Below, piece by piece: positions 44,554 to 54,520 of a DNA stretch of 64,000 nt. The position numbers and the translations under genes were made by a program. The stretch lies in contig CAZQTC010000031.1 in the NCBI GenBank assembly GCA_964596425.1, positions 73,830 through 137,829 of the forward strand, read 5' to 3'. The number at the start of each line of letters is the position of its first letter. Position 1 is the first letter of the stretch. Source of the DNA: an uncultured Spirochaetales bacterium. Lineage in GTDB: Bacteria > Spirochaetota > Spirochaetia > SZUA-6. The notes below the pieces were generated by a model, which worked only from the letters and a program-made list of their open reading frames with translations, did no database searches and was not told where the DNA came from.

Positions 44554-45846
44554 ATGGAAAAGATATTGTACTATAGCATTCTGGTATTTATTATTGCTTT
44601 TATTTTTTTTGGTGTAATCCCGGGGATAGGAGCCTTTATTGCTCGTTCACGCTGGAGAAGATTTAGAAGACGAATAATTGAGTTGAGTCTTAAACCCTTT
44701 ATTTCTTATTCGGATATAAGTAAGGGTGAAGAGGGATGTGTGGGAGAGTATAGATTTTTTGGTACCATAGAGGCTATTCAAGGGAATAACAGAATTTGGG
44801 TGAGAAGTGGAAATCTGTCGGTGGCGGTGGATATGGAAGAGGTTCTGGTGTACACGCTTCCGTCTTTTACCAGGATAGGAGATTCAGCCTCAGAGCGACT
44901 CGACGAGATGATTCCGGAGGAAGAACCAAGAATAATGCCCTGGGATCAGATTTTTTCGCTCCCGGAGGGAACCAGGGTCTTTGTGGGAGGAACTCTCTTT
45001 TATGAATCGGGTATAGGTATATTTAAGACAACCCCTGATAGCATGCTTCTTGTTGTAATATACGATGGTGATGAAGAGACAATTATAAAACGAAGTATAT
45101 GGAGTGGAAGACAGAGAAACGAGTACTTTAATCAATTCACCCTGGGTTCTATAATTGCCGGCTCTTTCTCTCTTTTGCTTGCTGCCTTTATTATGCTTCA
45201 TAATCCTATTCTAAGAATACCAGCTCTATTCTCCATTACCTTAAGTCTTTTTCCCATAGCTATCCTATTTCCTCCGGGTGTTGTTTTATATTTTCTCTAT
45301 AGGGGCGCATGGAAAAGGGGACGTGTCTTGCGAGCTACCAGGGATTTGCTGAGATTACCTCTGAGATATTTCGGTCAATCCGTTTCTATCGAGAAAAATG
45401 ATATGCGTGGCAGGGATTTAATGTGCTTTAAACGATTTGCCGATCTTCCCGATGGTTCTGTTTACGTTGAGTTGTGTGGGGAGGTAAAAACCTTCGAAAG
45501 AAGAAAAAGGGGGACCAGATTGGTACTGAAATGTGGTGAGAGTGTATTTGAGGTTGAGGGGAATATAACATTTAGAGAAACAGGGCGCCATACCGGGAAT
45601 TTTGAGTTTGCCAGAAGGTTATGTGTTTACGGAGTTTATGAGGAAAACGGAGAACGCAAACTCATTACCAGCGGAAAAGATCCCATGTGCGAACTTGTGG
45701 CAATTGCCGGCGATCCGGAAATTGAAGCGGAGTTGTGTCAGAAACGTGCAAGGGTGTACGAGCTCGTGTCTGCCGCGTTTATATCTCTGGATTTGTTAGT
45801 AAACATGGTTTTAACTATTCTTGTTCTACATAATTATATAGTATAG
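44554..45846 (+). CDS. Hypothetical membrane protein
   Basis: 430 aa; N-terminal TM, two central TMs, C-terminal TM. Confidence 0.7.
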   Translation: MEKILYYSILVFIIAFIFFGVIPGIGAFIARSRWRRFRRRIIELSLKPFISYSDISKGEEGCVGEYRFFGTIEAIQGNNRIWVRSGNLSVAVDMEEVLVYTLPSFTRIGDSASERLDEMIPEEEPRIMPWDQIFSLPEGTRVFVGGTLFYESGIGIFKTTPDSMLLVVIYDGDEETIIKRSIWSGRQRNEYFNQFTLGSIIAGSFSLLLAAFIMLHNPILRIPALFSITLSLFPIAILFPPGVVLYFLYRGAWKRGRVLRATRDLLRLPLRYFGQSVSIEKNDMRGRDLMCFKRFADLPDGSVYVELCGEVKTFERRKRGTRLVLKCGESVFEVEGNITFRETGRHTGNFEFARRLCVYGVYEENGERKLITSGKDPMCELVAIAGDPEIEAELCQKRARVYELVSAAFISLDLLVNMVLTILVLHNYIV

Positions 45847-45892
45847 TGTGAAAGTGTAGCAGGTCTGGTAGTTTTGGTTTGACCTTGGGTGT

Positions 45893-46468
45893 TTATACTC
45901 TTATGGCTGTGAGTGAATGGACCGGTTTTTGTATCGAGATGAACTTTTGCGCATAGATAGAATCGAATACATTCTGGGGTAATTTTTCTTTAGCCAACGT
46001 GAAATCAGGATGTTTTACAAATAGAATTTTGGTCTGGAGATAGTAGTCAAAAAAATCGGTTACAAAGTAAATTTTGCCTCCTATGGTTAGGATGCGAGAA
46101 AATTTTTCCAGTATAGGGTATCTAAGTAAACGTCGTTTCCTGTGCCTGTTTTTGGGCCACGGGTCGGGGAAGTATATGTGGATTGTTTCTACTGTGCCCG
46201 AGGGAATTTTATCTATAAACTCTTCTGCGCGTCCGTGTATTATTTCCACGTTTTGCAGGTTGTTTTTTTCGATTTTTTTTAGAGTCTTTATACATCTCTG
46301 TTTCTTTATTTCTACCCCAAGGAAGAGTCTTTCCGGATTGTATCTCGCATACTGAGAGATAAAATGACCATTTCCGCAACCTATCTCAATTTCTATTTTT
46401 CTGCGCGGCTTTTCTCTCAAGTTTTTTCTAAAGAGGGCTTCTATATCATTTATCTCCAGGAGGGTCAC
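45893..46468 (-). CDS. trmB: tRNA (guanine-N7)-methyltransferase
   Basis: EIGCGNG, GVEI, FPDPWPKNRHRKRR, TD. Confidence 0.92.
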   Translation of the reverse strand: MTLLEINDIEALFRKNLREKPRRKIEIEIGCGNGHFISQYARYNPERLFLGVEIKKQRCIKTLKKIEKNNLQNVEIIHGRAEEFIDKIPSGTVETIHIYFPDPWPKNRHRKRRLLRYPILEKFSRILTIGGKIYFVTDFFDYYLQTKILFVKHPDFTLAKEKLPQNVFDSIYAQKFISIQKPVHSLTAIRV

Positions 46469-48015
46469 TTATCCTTTTTCCCTTCTTTCTTCCTTGCATA
46501 ATTGACCGTTATTTTTCTCCCTTTAAACTCATGACCGTTGAGTTTGGAGATAGCTTCTTCTGCAAACTGGGAAGCTATATCTATGAAGGAATAATTGTCC
46601 AGGATTTTTACGTTTCCTATCTGATGTGATTTTATCTTTAAGTTTTTCATGAAAAAATTTTTTAAATCTTTTGGGTAGACCTTCCTGTTTTTTCCGATGC
46701 TAACAAATATCTTGGTAAAGCTTTCCTCTTGTTGATTACTGTGACTAAAATGTTCTTTGAATAAAAAAGCGGAGAAATAAGAACGCAGAAAAATAGGAAC
46801 ATTTTTTTTGATGAGACGTTTGTAATAATTTAAAGTATCCGGATCTTCCTCTTCTTTAATTTGTTGCACGATTCTTTTTATACTCATCTTTAATACATCT
46901 TCTGTTTTTGGGGTTTCTTCCTTTTTAATGTTCATCTTTGTTGACTCCTGTATTTTCAATAACTCAAAGTAATTATCCTTTGTGACGAAAGTAATTACAT
47001 GTCTCAGACTTGTGTACTCATCCTTTTCTAATTCCATTCTTTTTATGTAGTTTTCGCTGCTAAGTGGAATATCGTAATTTATAATGTAGTATGGTGTCGC
47101 CTCAATAGTTGTAGCGGCAAAGTCGGTTGTTACCAGTATGTCAGTTGTTCCAACTTTGAAGTCACGTATCCTTTTCCTCCTTTGCTCAAATTTTGTATCG
47201 GGTAGGATATCCGCACTTTTATAATTTTTCTTTCTTAGAAAAGTGTTTACTCTGGCGGCTTCTTGAGAGGTCTGGCAAAAGACAACCGCGTTGTGGATAT
47301 CCTTAACAATCAATAATTTATCAAGCACATTTAACTTCTCTTTCTCCTCTACCTCTAGGAAGGTGTGTTCTATCTGATGCTTTTCGTTCTTCCATTTGGA
47401 CAGAGGTATTATCTGGGGATGCTTTAAAAAGGTAAGCAACTTACCTTCTTCCCTGAGATTTGAGGAGAATAGTATTATTTGTGTTTCCTGCGGAATCTTC
47501 GTGAAGATAAAATCTATGTCTTCGTCGAAACCATTCTTTTCATTAGAGGCTGGTGATATAATGACTGCCATCTGCAGGCTGTTTAGGTTTAAATTCCCTC
47601 TTCTGATATGATCAATTACCCGCGTAGGGGTCCCTATCACAACATCGTAGGTCTTCGATAGGCGTCTTACCTCTTTTCTTATTTCTTCTTCATCACTTAA
47701 TGAAATGAAAGTAAGCTTATATTTGTCCCCTATTAATCTTTTAAACTCATTTCTGATTTTATGGACCTTATCAGAAAAATGGGTCAGGACTACCGCTTTT
47801 ATCCCCTTATTGCTCTTGTCAAGTCGTTTAACCATTGGCAGGATGAAGGCGGCAGTCTTGCCTGTTCTCTCGCCTGCCTCTATTGCTATATCGCCTCCCC
47901 TTGCTATTAGCGGAATAATCTTTTTCTGTAACAGGGTTGGCCTCGCAAAACCAGCTCCTCTAATAAAATCAACGATTTCCGCATCACTGATTTTGTTTCT
48001 ATTAAGTAATTTCAT
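46465..48015 (-). CDS. Degenerate DEAD-box helicase-like protein with C-terminal DbpA RNA-binding domain
   Basis: Q-motif GFARPTLLQ, GKT, GTPTR, DILVTTD present; DEAD, SAT and HRxGR motifs absent; DbpA domain (IFVSIGK, NYSFIDI, ITVNYAR). Confidence 0.8.
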   Translation of the reverse strand: MKLLNRNKISDAEIVDFIRGAGFARPTLLQKKIIPLIARGGDIAIEAGERTGKTAAFILPMVKRLDKSNKGIKAVVLTHFSDKVHKIRNEFKRLIGDKYKLTFISLSDEEEIRKEVRRLSKTYDVVIGTPTRVIDHIRRGNLNLNSLQMAVIISPASNEKNGFDEDIDFIFTKIPQETQIILFSSNLREEGKLLTFLKHPQIIPLSKWKNEKHQIEHTFLEVEEKEKLNVLDKLLIVKDIHNAVVFCQTSQEAARVNTFLRKKNYKSADILPDTKFEQRRKRIRDFKVGTTDILVTTDFAATTIEATPYYIINYDIPLSSENYIKRMELEKDEYTSLRHVITFVTKDNYFELLKIQESTKMNIKKEETPKTEDVLKMSIKRIVQQIKEEEDPDTLNYYKRLIKKNVPIFLRSYFSAFLFKEHFSHSNQQEESFTKIFVSIGKNRKVYPKDLKNFFMKNLKIKSHQIGNVKILDNYSFIDIASQFAEEAISKLNGHEFKGRKITVNYARKKEGKKDK

Positions 48016-48052
48016 AATGTATTTATATTTACAAAGAACAAGTTTTTATAAA

Positions 48053-48080
48053 ATTATAGTTTAACTGGGTGTTTTGTCAA
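48053..48080 (-). promoter_or_regulatory. Consensus promoter of the helicase-trmB operon
   Basis: TTGACA-16 bp-TATAAT. Confidence 0.7.
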
Positions 48081-48128
48081 GCAGTATGAGTCGATATAGA
48101 TAGTGAGGTATGTTTATGAGGTGTCAGT

Positions 48129-49349
48129 ATGATTGGTATTAATCGGCGGTTTGTCATTATTTGGAGTTCTGTGTGCTTAATGTTTTTTGTGATCGGTTCT
48201 CTATGGTCGGAAACCTTTCGATTCAAGTATACCAAGGGTGAGAAGTATAGGATTGTTACCAAGGTGAACGAGAATGTCTATGTAAACGGGAAATTCTCCC
48301 ATAGGGCTGATATTCTAGACAAGATATCCGTTGAGGTTAAAGATGTGAAAAATGGGGCAGGACTCTTGTCCTGTATATTCCAGACCTCTGAGCGTGCCTA
48401 CGGTAAGGTTTCGGTGTATAAGCTGACCGATTACTATCGTTCTCTGTTTTGGAGAGATGCGAGGGGGGTTTACAATATATCCCCCGATTATTTTATGCCT
48501 GTTGTTAGAAATGTTCCTACGTTTCCAGAGGGAGATATTAAACCGGGTGATACATGGGTTGCAAAGGGGGAAGAGGTTCACGATCTTAGGAGGAGTTTTG
48601 GGGTAAACAGGGCTTTTCATTTTCCAATAACTGTCAACTATACATACGATACAGATACGGAGGAAAGTGGAATTAAGCTCTCCGTAATAAAGATTGAGTA
48701 TTCTGTCTTTTATAAGGTAGGTGATGTCTCCGGTTTAACGGGAAATTATCCGCGGATTATAACCGGTTTTTCAAAGCAGGTGTACTACTGGAACAAGCTG
48801 GCAGGAAAGCCCTACTCCTACAGTGAGGATTTTGATTTTATCTTTCATCTTGCCTCTGGTGATTATGTGGAATACGAGGGGAGTTCCAGTGGTAAGGTGT
48901 ATGCTGCAACCTCTTTTAACAGAGACAGGGTTAAGGCTGCGATAGAAAGGGCGATAAAGAGGGAAAAAATAAAGGATACAAGTGTTCAAAAGGTAAAAGA
49001 AGGGGTTAGGATAAGGCTGGAAAATATCCACTTTCCCCCCAATTCAGCAATCTTACTTCCGGAGGAAAAAGAAAAATTACGAAAGATTGGTGAGATACTC
49101 AAGAGGTATCCTGATAGAGACATTGTAATAACCGGTCATACTGCGAGAATAGGGACAGAGGAGAGTTGTCAGATACTCTCCGAGGAGCGGGCAAGGGCTG
49201 TTGGTAACTTTTTGCTTTCCATTGGGGCAAAGAAGGCTAGCCAGATGGTTTTTAGAGGAATGGGTTCAAGGGTTCCTATTGCCGATAACTCTACGCCCGA
49301 GGGAAGGGCAAAGAATCGTAGGGTCGAGATAACGATACTGGAAAATTAA
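48129..49349 (+). CDS. OmpA-family protein (C-terminal peptidoglycan-binding domain)
   Basis: Signal peptide; IHFPPNSA, ITGHTA, LSEERARAV, NRRVEI. Confidence 0.88.
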   Translation: MIGINRRFVIIWSSVCLMFFVIGSLWSETFRFKYTKGEKYRIVTKVNENVYVNGKFSHRADILDKISVEVKDVKNGAGLLSCIFQTSERAYGKVSVYKLTDYYRSLFWRDARGVYNISPDYFMPVVRNVPTFPEGDIKPGDTWVAKGEEVHDLRRSFGVNRAFHFPITVNYTYDTDTEESGIKLSVIKIEYSVFYKVGDVSGLTGNYPRIITGFSKQVYYWNKLAGKPYSYSEDFDFIFHLASGDYVEYEGSSSGKVYAATSFNRDRVKAAIERAIKREKIKDTSVQKVKEGVRIRLENIHFPPNSAILLPEEKEKLRKIGEILKRYPDRDIVITGHTARIGTEESCQILSEERARAVGNFLLSIGAKKASQMVFRGMGSRVPIADNSTPEGRAKNRRVEITILEN

Positions 49350-49385
49350 CTCTTTGGAGTGTGGTGGCGTACCCAATATTTCTTG

Positions 49386-49982
49386 TTAGATTCTATTGAT
49401 AAAGTACCTGTGGAATCGGATGTCTTGAGTCAACTCGGGGTGGAATGCGCTAACCAGGATGTTTTTCTCCTCTGCCGCCACAATGGTGCTATCCCTTAAT
49501 CGTGCGATAACCTTGACATGGGGTCCTGCTTTCTCTATTAATGGGGCTCTTATAAACACTCCGCGCACCGGTTGTTCGCCCAGTACTGGGATGTTCAAGT
49601 CTTCCTCAAAGCTTTCAAGTTGTCTTCCGAATGCGTTTCGTCTCACGGTTATGTCTATTAGGCCCATGGGGGATAGAGATGATACGGTATTGTTTCCCTC
49701 TATTCTTTTTGAGAGGATAATCATTCCGGCGCAGGTTCCATAGATGGGAAGTCCCTCCCTGGCAAGTGTTTTAATCCCTTCTATAAATTTATAGGTTTTG
49801 AGTAGTTTCCATATTGTGGTGCTTTCTCCACCAGGGATTATGAGCGCGTCTATCTTTTCAAGTTGACGTGGCAGTTTTACTAATACGGGTTCAACCTTTA
49901 GTTCTTCCTTGAGACGGAGTATTGTCTCGGCATGTTCTCTAAAGGAACCCTGCAGGGCAAGAATTCCGATTCGTTTCTTCAT
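49386..49982 (-). CDS. pdxT: PLP synthase glutaminase subunit
   Basis: GILALQG, PGGESTT, GTCAGMI, RRNAFGRQ, FIRAP, FHPELT. Confidence 0.96.
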   Translation of the reverse strand: MKKRIGILALQGSFREHAETILRLKEELKVEPVLVKLPRQLEKIDALIIPGGESTTIWKLLKTYKFIEGIKTLAREGLPIYGTCAGMIILSKRIEGNNTVSSLSPMGLIDITVRRNAFGRQLESFEEDLNIPVLGEQPVRGVFIRAPLIEKAGPHVKVIARLRDSTIVAAEEKNILVSAFHPELTQDIRFHRYFINRI

Positions 49983-49986
49983 GAGG

Positions 49987-50868
49987 CTACCATCCTCTTA
50001 CTGCGAGTCTGTCCTTTTGCTCTATCTCCGATAGCTCTATACCGTACATTGCCTCCCCAAGGTTTTTAGAAACCTCTGCAAGGATTGACGGCTCGTTGTA
50101 GTGGGTTGTTGCCTCTACGATTGCTTTGGCTCGCTTGGCCGGGTTTTCGGATTTGAATATACCGGAACCAACAAATATGCCGTCGGCTCCTAGTTGCATC
50201 ATAAGAGCGGCGTCTGCCGGTGTTGCTATTCCGCCTGCTGCAAAATTTACAACGGGGAGTTTTCCCGTTTTTGCAACCCCCAGGACCAGTTCGTATGGAG
50301 CACCCAGGTTTTTTGCCTCTGCCATAAGCTCCTCTTCGCTCATTGAGGTAAGTTTTCTTATCTCGTCCATTACGGTTCGAATGTGCCTAACGGCCTCAAC
50401 AATGTTTCCCGTCCCGGCTTCCCCCTTGGTTCTTATCATAGAGGCTCCCTCGGCTATTCTTCTAAGTGCCTCTCCAAGATCTCTGGCGCCACATACGAAT
50501 GGCACCTTAAAAAGGTTTTTGTTTATATGATGTTTTTCATCGGCCGGTGTTAGAACCTCGCTTTCGTCGATATAATCTACACCGAGAGCCTCCAGGATCT
50601 GTGCCTCGACAAAATGGCCGATTCTTACCTTTGCCATTACTGGGATAGAAACCGCTTTCATTATTTTTTCAATTAGAGCGGGGTCACTCATTCTGGCTAC
50701 TCCTCCCTGTGCTCGTATATCGGCTGGGACTCTCTCTAAAGCCATTACCGCCACCGCACCGGCCTCCTCGGCAATCTGCGCCTGTTCCGGTGTTACTACG
50801 TCCATGATTACCCCACCCTTTAGCATCTGAGCAAGGCCTATTTTTGTTGTAATTGTAGATTTTTCCAT
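49987..50868 (-). CDS. pdxS: PLP synthase lyase subunit
   Basis: [47 protein letters not shown]. Confidence 0.97.
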   Translation of the reverse strand: MEKSTITTKIGLAQMLKGGVIMDVVTPEQAQIAEEAGAVAVMALERVPADIRAQGGVARMSDPALIEKIMKAVSIPVMAKVRIGHFVEAQILEALGVDYIDESEVLTPADEKHHINKNLFKVPFVCGARDLGEALRRIAEGASMIRTKGEAGTGNIVEAVRHIRTVMDEIRKLTSMSEEELMAEAKNLGAPYELVLGVAKTGKLPVVNFAAGGIATPADAALMMQLGADGIFVGSGIFKSENPAKRAKAIVEATTHYNEPSILAEVSKNLGEAMYGIELSEIEQKDRLAVRGW

Positions 50869-50883
50869 ACTACCTCCTCCTGT

Positions 50884-52428
50884 TTATTTTTGCTTTTCTG
50901 GTTTGAGGGTTGAGCCCTTGTTTAATATTTCTCTCATTAAATCCCCGATTGTCTTAATTCCTCTATCGATTTCCTCCTCATTTGCTGTGGAGAAGGAGAG
51001 TCGAAATCCATTTCTTTGCCACTCTTCGACGGAGAAAAACCTGTCGGGAGAGAATATAACTCCCCTGTCTCTACTCTTGATAAATAGGGAAAGTGAATCT
51101 ATGTTGGGCGAGATTTCCACCCACTGATACAGTCCCCCCTTTGGTCGTTTCCACGAGGCTTCCGGTGGAAAGTACTCTTCCATCGCTCTGTGCATTGCTT
51201 CACTCCTCTTTTTTAGAGAGAGAACTTTTTTCTTTAGAAGTTTTTTGAAAAAACCTCTCCTTAAATACTCAAGAACGGCGGCTTGAAGAATGGGACTGGT
51301 GTAGAGGTCAGAAGATTTTTTAATAAGGATTAATTTTTTTATAATCTCTCTGGGTGCCACGATCCAGCTTAGCCGGATGCCGGAAAAGAGCGTTTCTGAG
51401 AAACTTCCCATGTATATTACAATTTCACTCTCATCCCATGCTTTTAAGGGGGGAATCTCCTTCTTCTCGAATCCAAGCTCGTGAGCATAATCATCCTCCA
51501 CTATAATAGTTTGATTCTCCCTGCATAATTGGAGGAGTGTTAATCTTTTTTCTAGGGGTAAGACATTTCCAAGTGGATTGTGAAATGTGGGGATTGTGTA
51601 TAAAAGTTTAACCCTTCGTCGTTTTAGGACACTTGCAACGATTTCAAGGTTAAGTCCTTCGTGGTTTACAGGTATACCTATACAGTTTGCCTGCAGAGCC
51701 CTGAATATTGTGAGAGCCCCCGGATAGGTTAAATTTTCTAATAGTACGGTGTCTCCCGGATCTATGAATAACCTTCCTACGAGACTAAGTCCCTGCTGTA
51801 TTCCGTTGACTATAAGGATGTTGGCCTCTTCACATTTTATCCCTCTCATAGAGAGAAACTCCACCAGGTATTGGAGGAGAGGTTTAAATCCCTGGGGAGA
51901 GTTTGAGCTTAAGAGAGCACTATTGTATCTGTCAAATGCATAGTTGATAGATTTTTTGAAGTTGTTAATATCGGGGAAAACGGTTTCTGTTGGGTTGGGC
52001 TCTTTAAAGTCCGGGTCGAAAGAGATTAACCGGTCATCGGTTTTAAGGTTTTTTAAATTCGTGAGATTTGTAAGTGTCTCGGAGAAATACCTCGACCATC
52101 CTGTGGAAAAGAGTCCTTCATAGTTCGTTTTCGCGGAGTTGTCTTTCCCTTCAGGGACTATCTTGTTACTATGCAAGTTTTTGAATGGCGGATTTTGTGT
52201 TACAAAGCTCCCCCTGCCAATTTCTGAGCTAATAAATCCCATGGCCTCCAGTTCTTGATATGCTAGGAGTATCACGTTTCTGCTCACACCGAGAGAGAGG
52301 GCAAGTTCCCGTGTTGCGGGCAATTTTGAACCCGGTTTGAGTGATCGGTTCTCTATAAGCCGGATGAGTTGGTCCTTTATCTGTACGTATAGAGGGATGC
52401 CATTTCCCCTATTTAAAGTTAGTATCAT
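50884..52428 (-). CDS. MocR/GabR-family regulator (GntR wHTH + class I aminotransferase fold), PdxR-like, Schiff-base Lys replaced by Glu
   Basis: PLYVQI..LPATRELA..VSR; EDDY; GSFSETL instead of GSFSKxL; directly upstream of pdxS. Confidence 0.88.
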   Translation of the reverse strand: MILTLNRGNGIPLYVQIKDQLIRLIENRSLKPGSKLPATRELALSLGVSRNVILLAYQELEAMGFISSEIGRGSFVTQNPPFKNLHSNKIVPEGKDNSAKTNYEGLFSTGWSRYFSETLTNLTNLKNLKTDDRLISFDPDFKEPNPTETVFPDINNFKKSINYAFDRYNSALLSSNSPQGFKPLLQYLVEFLSMRGIKCEEANILIVNGIQQGLSLVGRLFIDPGDTVLLENLTYPGALTIFRALQANCIGIPVNHEGLNLEIVASVLKRRRVKLLYTIPTFHNPLGNVLPLEKRLTLLQLCRENQTIIVEDDYAHELGFEKKEIPPLKAWDESEIVIYMGSFSETLFSGIRLSWIVAPREIIKKLILIKKSSDLYTSPILQAAVLEYLRRGFFKKLLKKKVLSLKKRSEAMHRAMEEYFPPEASWKRPKGGLYQWVEISPNIDSLSLFIKSRDRGVIFSPDRFFSVEEWQRNGFRLSFSTANEEEIDRGIKTIGDLMREILNKGSTLKPEKQK

Positions 52429-52448
52429 TTTCCTCTCCCCTTTAATAT

Positions 52449-52558
52449 ATTGGTTATTGCATTTAAAAAAAGAGCCAATGCCAGAAAATTTGTACTATGC
52501 CATTCCAATATTACCCTATACTATTACACTATTGGTACTATTATTAGAGCCAGATTGG
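52449..52558. promoter_or_regulatory. Five ATTGG/CCAAT boxes, candidate MocR operator array
   Basis: ATTGG 52449, CCAAT 52475, CCAAT 52505, ATTGG 52531, ATTGG 52554; two inverted pairs each with a 21-bp spacer. Confidence 0.45.
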
Positions 52559-52562
52559 AGAG

Positions 52563-53444
52563 GTGTTTAAAATGCCTGACGGAGAGTGTAGGTTAAAAGG
52601 TCTCGTGGAAATTCATGCGGGCGTGTTGCTGTTTGGACTTGTTGGACTGTTTGGTAAATTGATTAGTTTGCCTCCGATGATAATTGTATTTGGTAGGGTC
52701 TTATTTGCTTCACTTAGTCTCTTCTTATTGCTTGTTTTTTGGGGAAAGTCCATACGATTAAAACGGAAGAGGCATTATTTGTATATGGGTAGTTTGGGAT
52801 TTATTCTTGCGGTTCACTGGACTTCTTTCTTTGAATCAATACGGTTGTCCACAGTTGCCATTGGGTTGCTTACCTTTTCCACTTTTCCCGTGTTTGTGGC
52901 TTTTTTAGAACCCCTGTTTTTTCATGAGAGGTTGGAGTTTAAAGCGGTTGTTCTTGCTGCTTTTGCATTTGGCGGGATAACTCTTATTATACCTGAGTTT
53001 AGAATTGGAGATGCTGTTAGCCGGGGCGTGCTGTGGGGTATGTTTTCCGGTTTGACATTTGCTATTCTTTCTATTCTCAATCGCAGGTTTGTTAGAGATT
53101 ATTCTGGTTATGTTGTAGCTTTTTACCAGGATGTAGGAGCAATGGTGGTCCTTTCCCCCTTTCTCTTTTTATTCAGATTTAGTCTCGAAGTGAGGGATAT
53201 TTGGCTTCTTTTTCTATTGGGAGTTGTTTTTACCGGTTTAGCTCATTCATTGTTTATAGGGGGACTTAAATGTGTAAAATCAAGAACGGCCAGTATAATA
53301 GGAAGTTTAGAACCGGTGTATGGAATTATTGCTGCTATAGTGATACTGGGTGAAAAACCCGCTTTAAAGGTGGTTTTGGGTGGGGTTATTATTATCGGTG
53401 TTGCCCTTTACGAGACTGTTTCTACGCGGAGGAGTGGCTATTGA
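52563..53444 (+). CDS. DMT/EamA family transporter
   Basis: Two EamA repeats; about 10 TMs; LEPVYG. Confidence 0.9.
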   Translation: MFKMPDGECRLKGLVEIHAGVLLFGLVGLFGKLISLPPMIIVFGRVLFASLSLFLLLVFWGKSIRLKRKRHYLYMGSLGFILAVHWTSFFESIRLSTVAIGLLTFSTFPVFVAFLEPLFFHERLEFKAVVLAAFAFGGITLIIPEFRIGDAVSRGVLWGMFSGLTFAILSILNRRFVRDYSGYVVAFYQDVGAMVVLSPFLFLFRFSLEVRDIWLLFLLGVVFTGLAHSLFIGGLKCVKSRTASIIGSLEPVYGIIAAIVILGEKPALKVVLGGVIIIGVALYETVSTRRSGY

Positions 53445-54502
53445 TACATGCTGTGATGAATTACTTCTTTCCTTTTACTTAAGCTCTTTAGAAACTCAGC
53501 ATCTAAATCTGGCGCCTGGAAGAACACGCGGTACACAAGTAGAGGGATAAAAAGAAAGACAAGGGTTGATGCAATCAAAAATAGGAGAGTATGCATGTCT
53601 TCTATTCCAATTGTATTCTTTATCAGGAATATTACTCCAAAGACAGAACCTGCACCGAGAGCGGTAATTTTTATATGTCTGGAGGCCGCTCTTATAAAGA
53701 TGAGAGAAGAGAGGGTATATATGGATAGGGAATAAATCATTATGCTGTCTAATTGTTCCACCTGAGAGGAGAGTAACCCGAATTGTGCCATTGTTCTTTT
53801 TAGTATCAGACTCCAACCCAGAAGAAGGGGAAGTAACATAAGCATCGAGGAAACGGGGAGCCAGTCGTACTTTAAGGTCCTGTACATAGAGTGAATGCTT
53901 AAGAGTCCGCCGAGCAAGAGGATAAAAAACAGGATGGTAAGGTACATAAAATTGTGAAAAGGAAGAACCGCCTGGTTTAGGGAGTTAACCCACTGAGAAA
54001 TATTTACTCTACCGTATAACATCAGGATAGAAGCCTTTGTAACGTTTATGAGAAACTCCCTTGAGAGAATGAAAAGGGGGACGAGACTGGAGAATAAGAA
54101 ACCGCCCCAGGAGAAGATCCAGTTTCCCATACCCCTGCGGATACTGAGGAAGAGAACTGCCAGGGTGAAGATGAAGGAGACAAGGAGGGGGAAAAAGCTA
54201 TACCATAGATGAAATGCAAATAGAGCTATAAAGAGTAGGTAAGGCTGTAGATGAAGTGCAACCTCTTCCCAACTTCCCCGGCTGTGAGCCTCGTAGAGTA
54301 ATCTTGCCACGTCGCGGGGGTTGCCTAATGTTTGGGTTATATCTTTAAAGGGTTCCTTGTAGTAAAGTCCCGTGTTTCGAGATTCTTCCAGAGCGTCCTC
54401 CAGGTGGTAGTATATTTCTTTAATTATTTTCTCTTCTGTTGAGGTGTCTAAATGGAGATGAGAGTGAATCTCATTGAGATATGATTGGATTTCTTTATCC
54501 AT
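53438..54502 (-). CDS. PadR-associated membrane protein with N-terminal HAAS/permease-prefix-like domain
   Basis: YLNEI..HL..IIKEI..HLED..LGNPRDVA followed by about 8 TMs. Confidence 0.7.
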   Translation of the reverse strand: MDKEIQSYLNEIHSHLHLDTSTEEKIIKEIYYHLEDALEESRNTGLYYKEPFKDITQTLGNPRDVARLLYEAHSRGSWEEVALHLQPYLLFIALFAFHLWYSFFPLLVSFIFTLAVLFLSIRRGMGNWIFSWGGFLFSSLVPLFILSREFLINVTKASILMLYGRVNISQWVNSLNQAVLPFHNFMYLTILFFILLLGGLLSIHSMYRTLKYDWLPVSSMLMLLPLLLGWSLILKRTMAQFGLLSSQVEQLDSIMIYSLSIYTLSSLIFIRAASRHIKITALGAGSVFGVIFLIKNTIGIEDMHTLLFLIASTLVFLFIPLLVYRVFFQAPDLDAEFLKSLSKRKEVIHHSMYQ

Positions 54503-54520
54503 TTTTTTACCTGGAGAATG

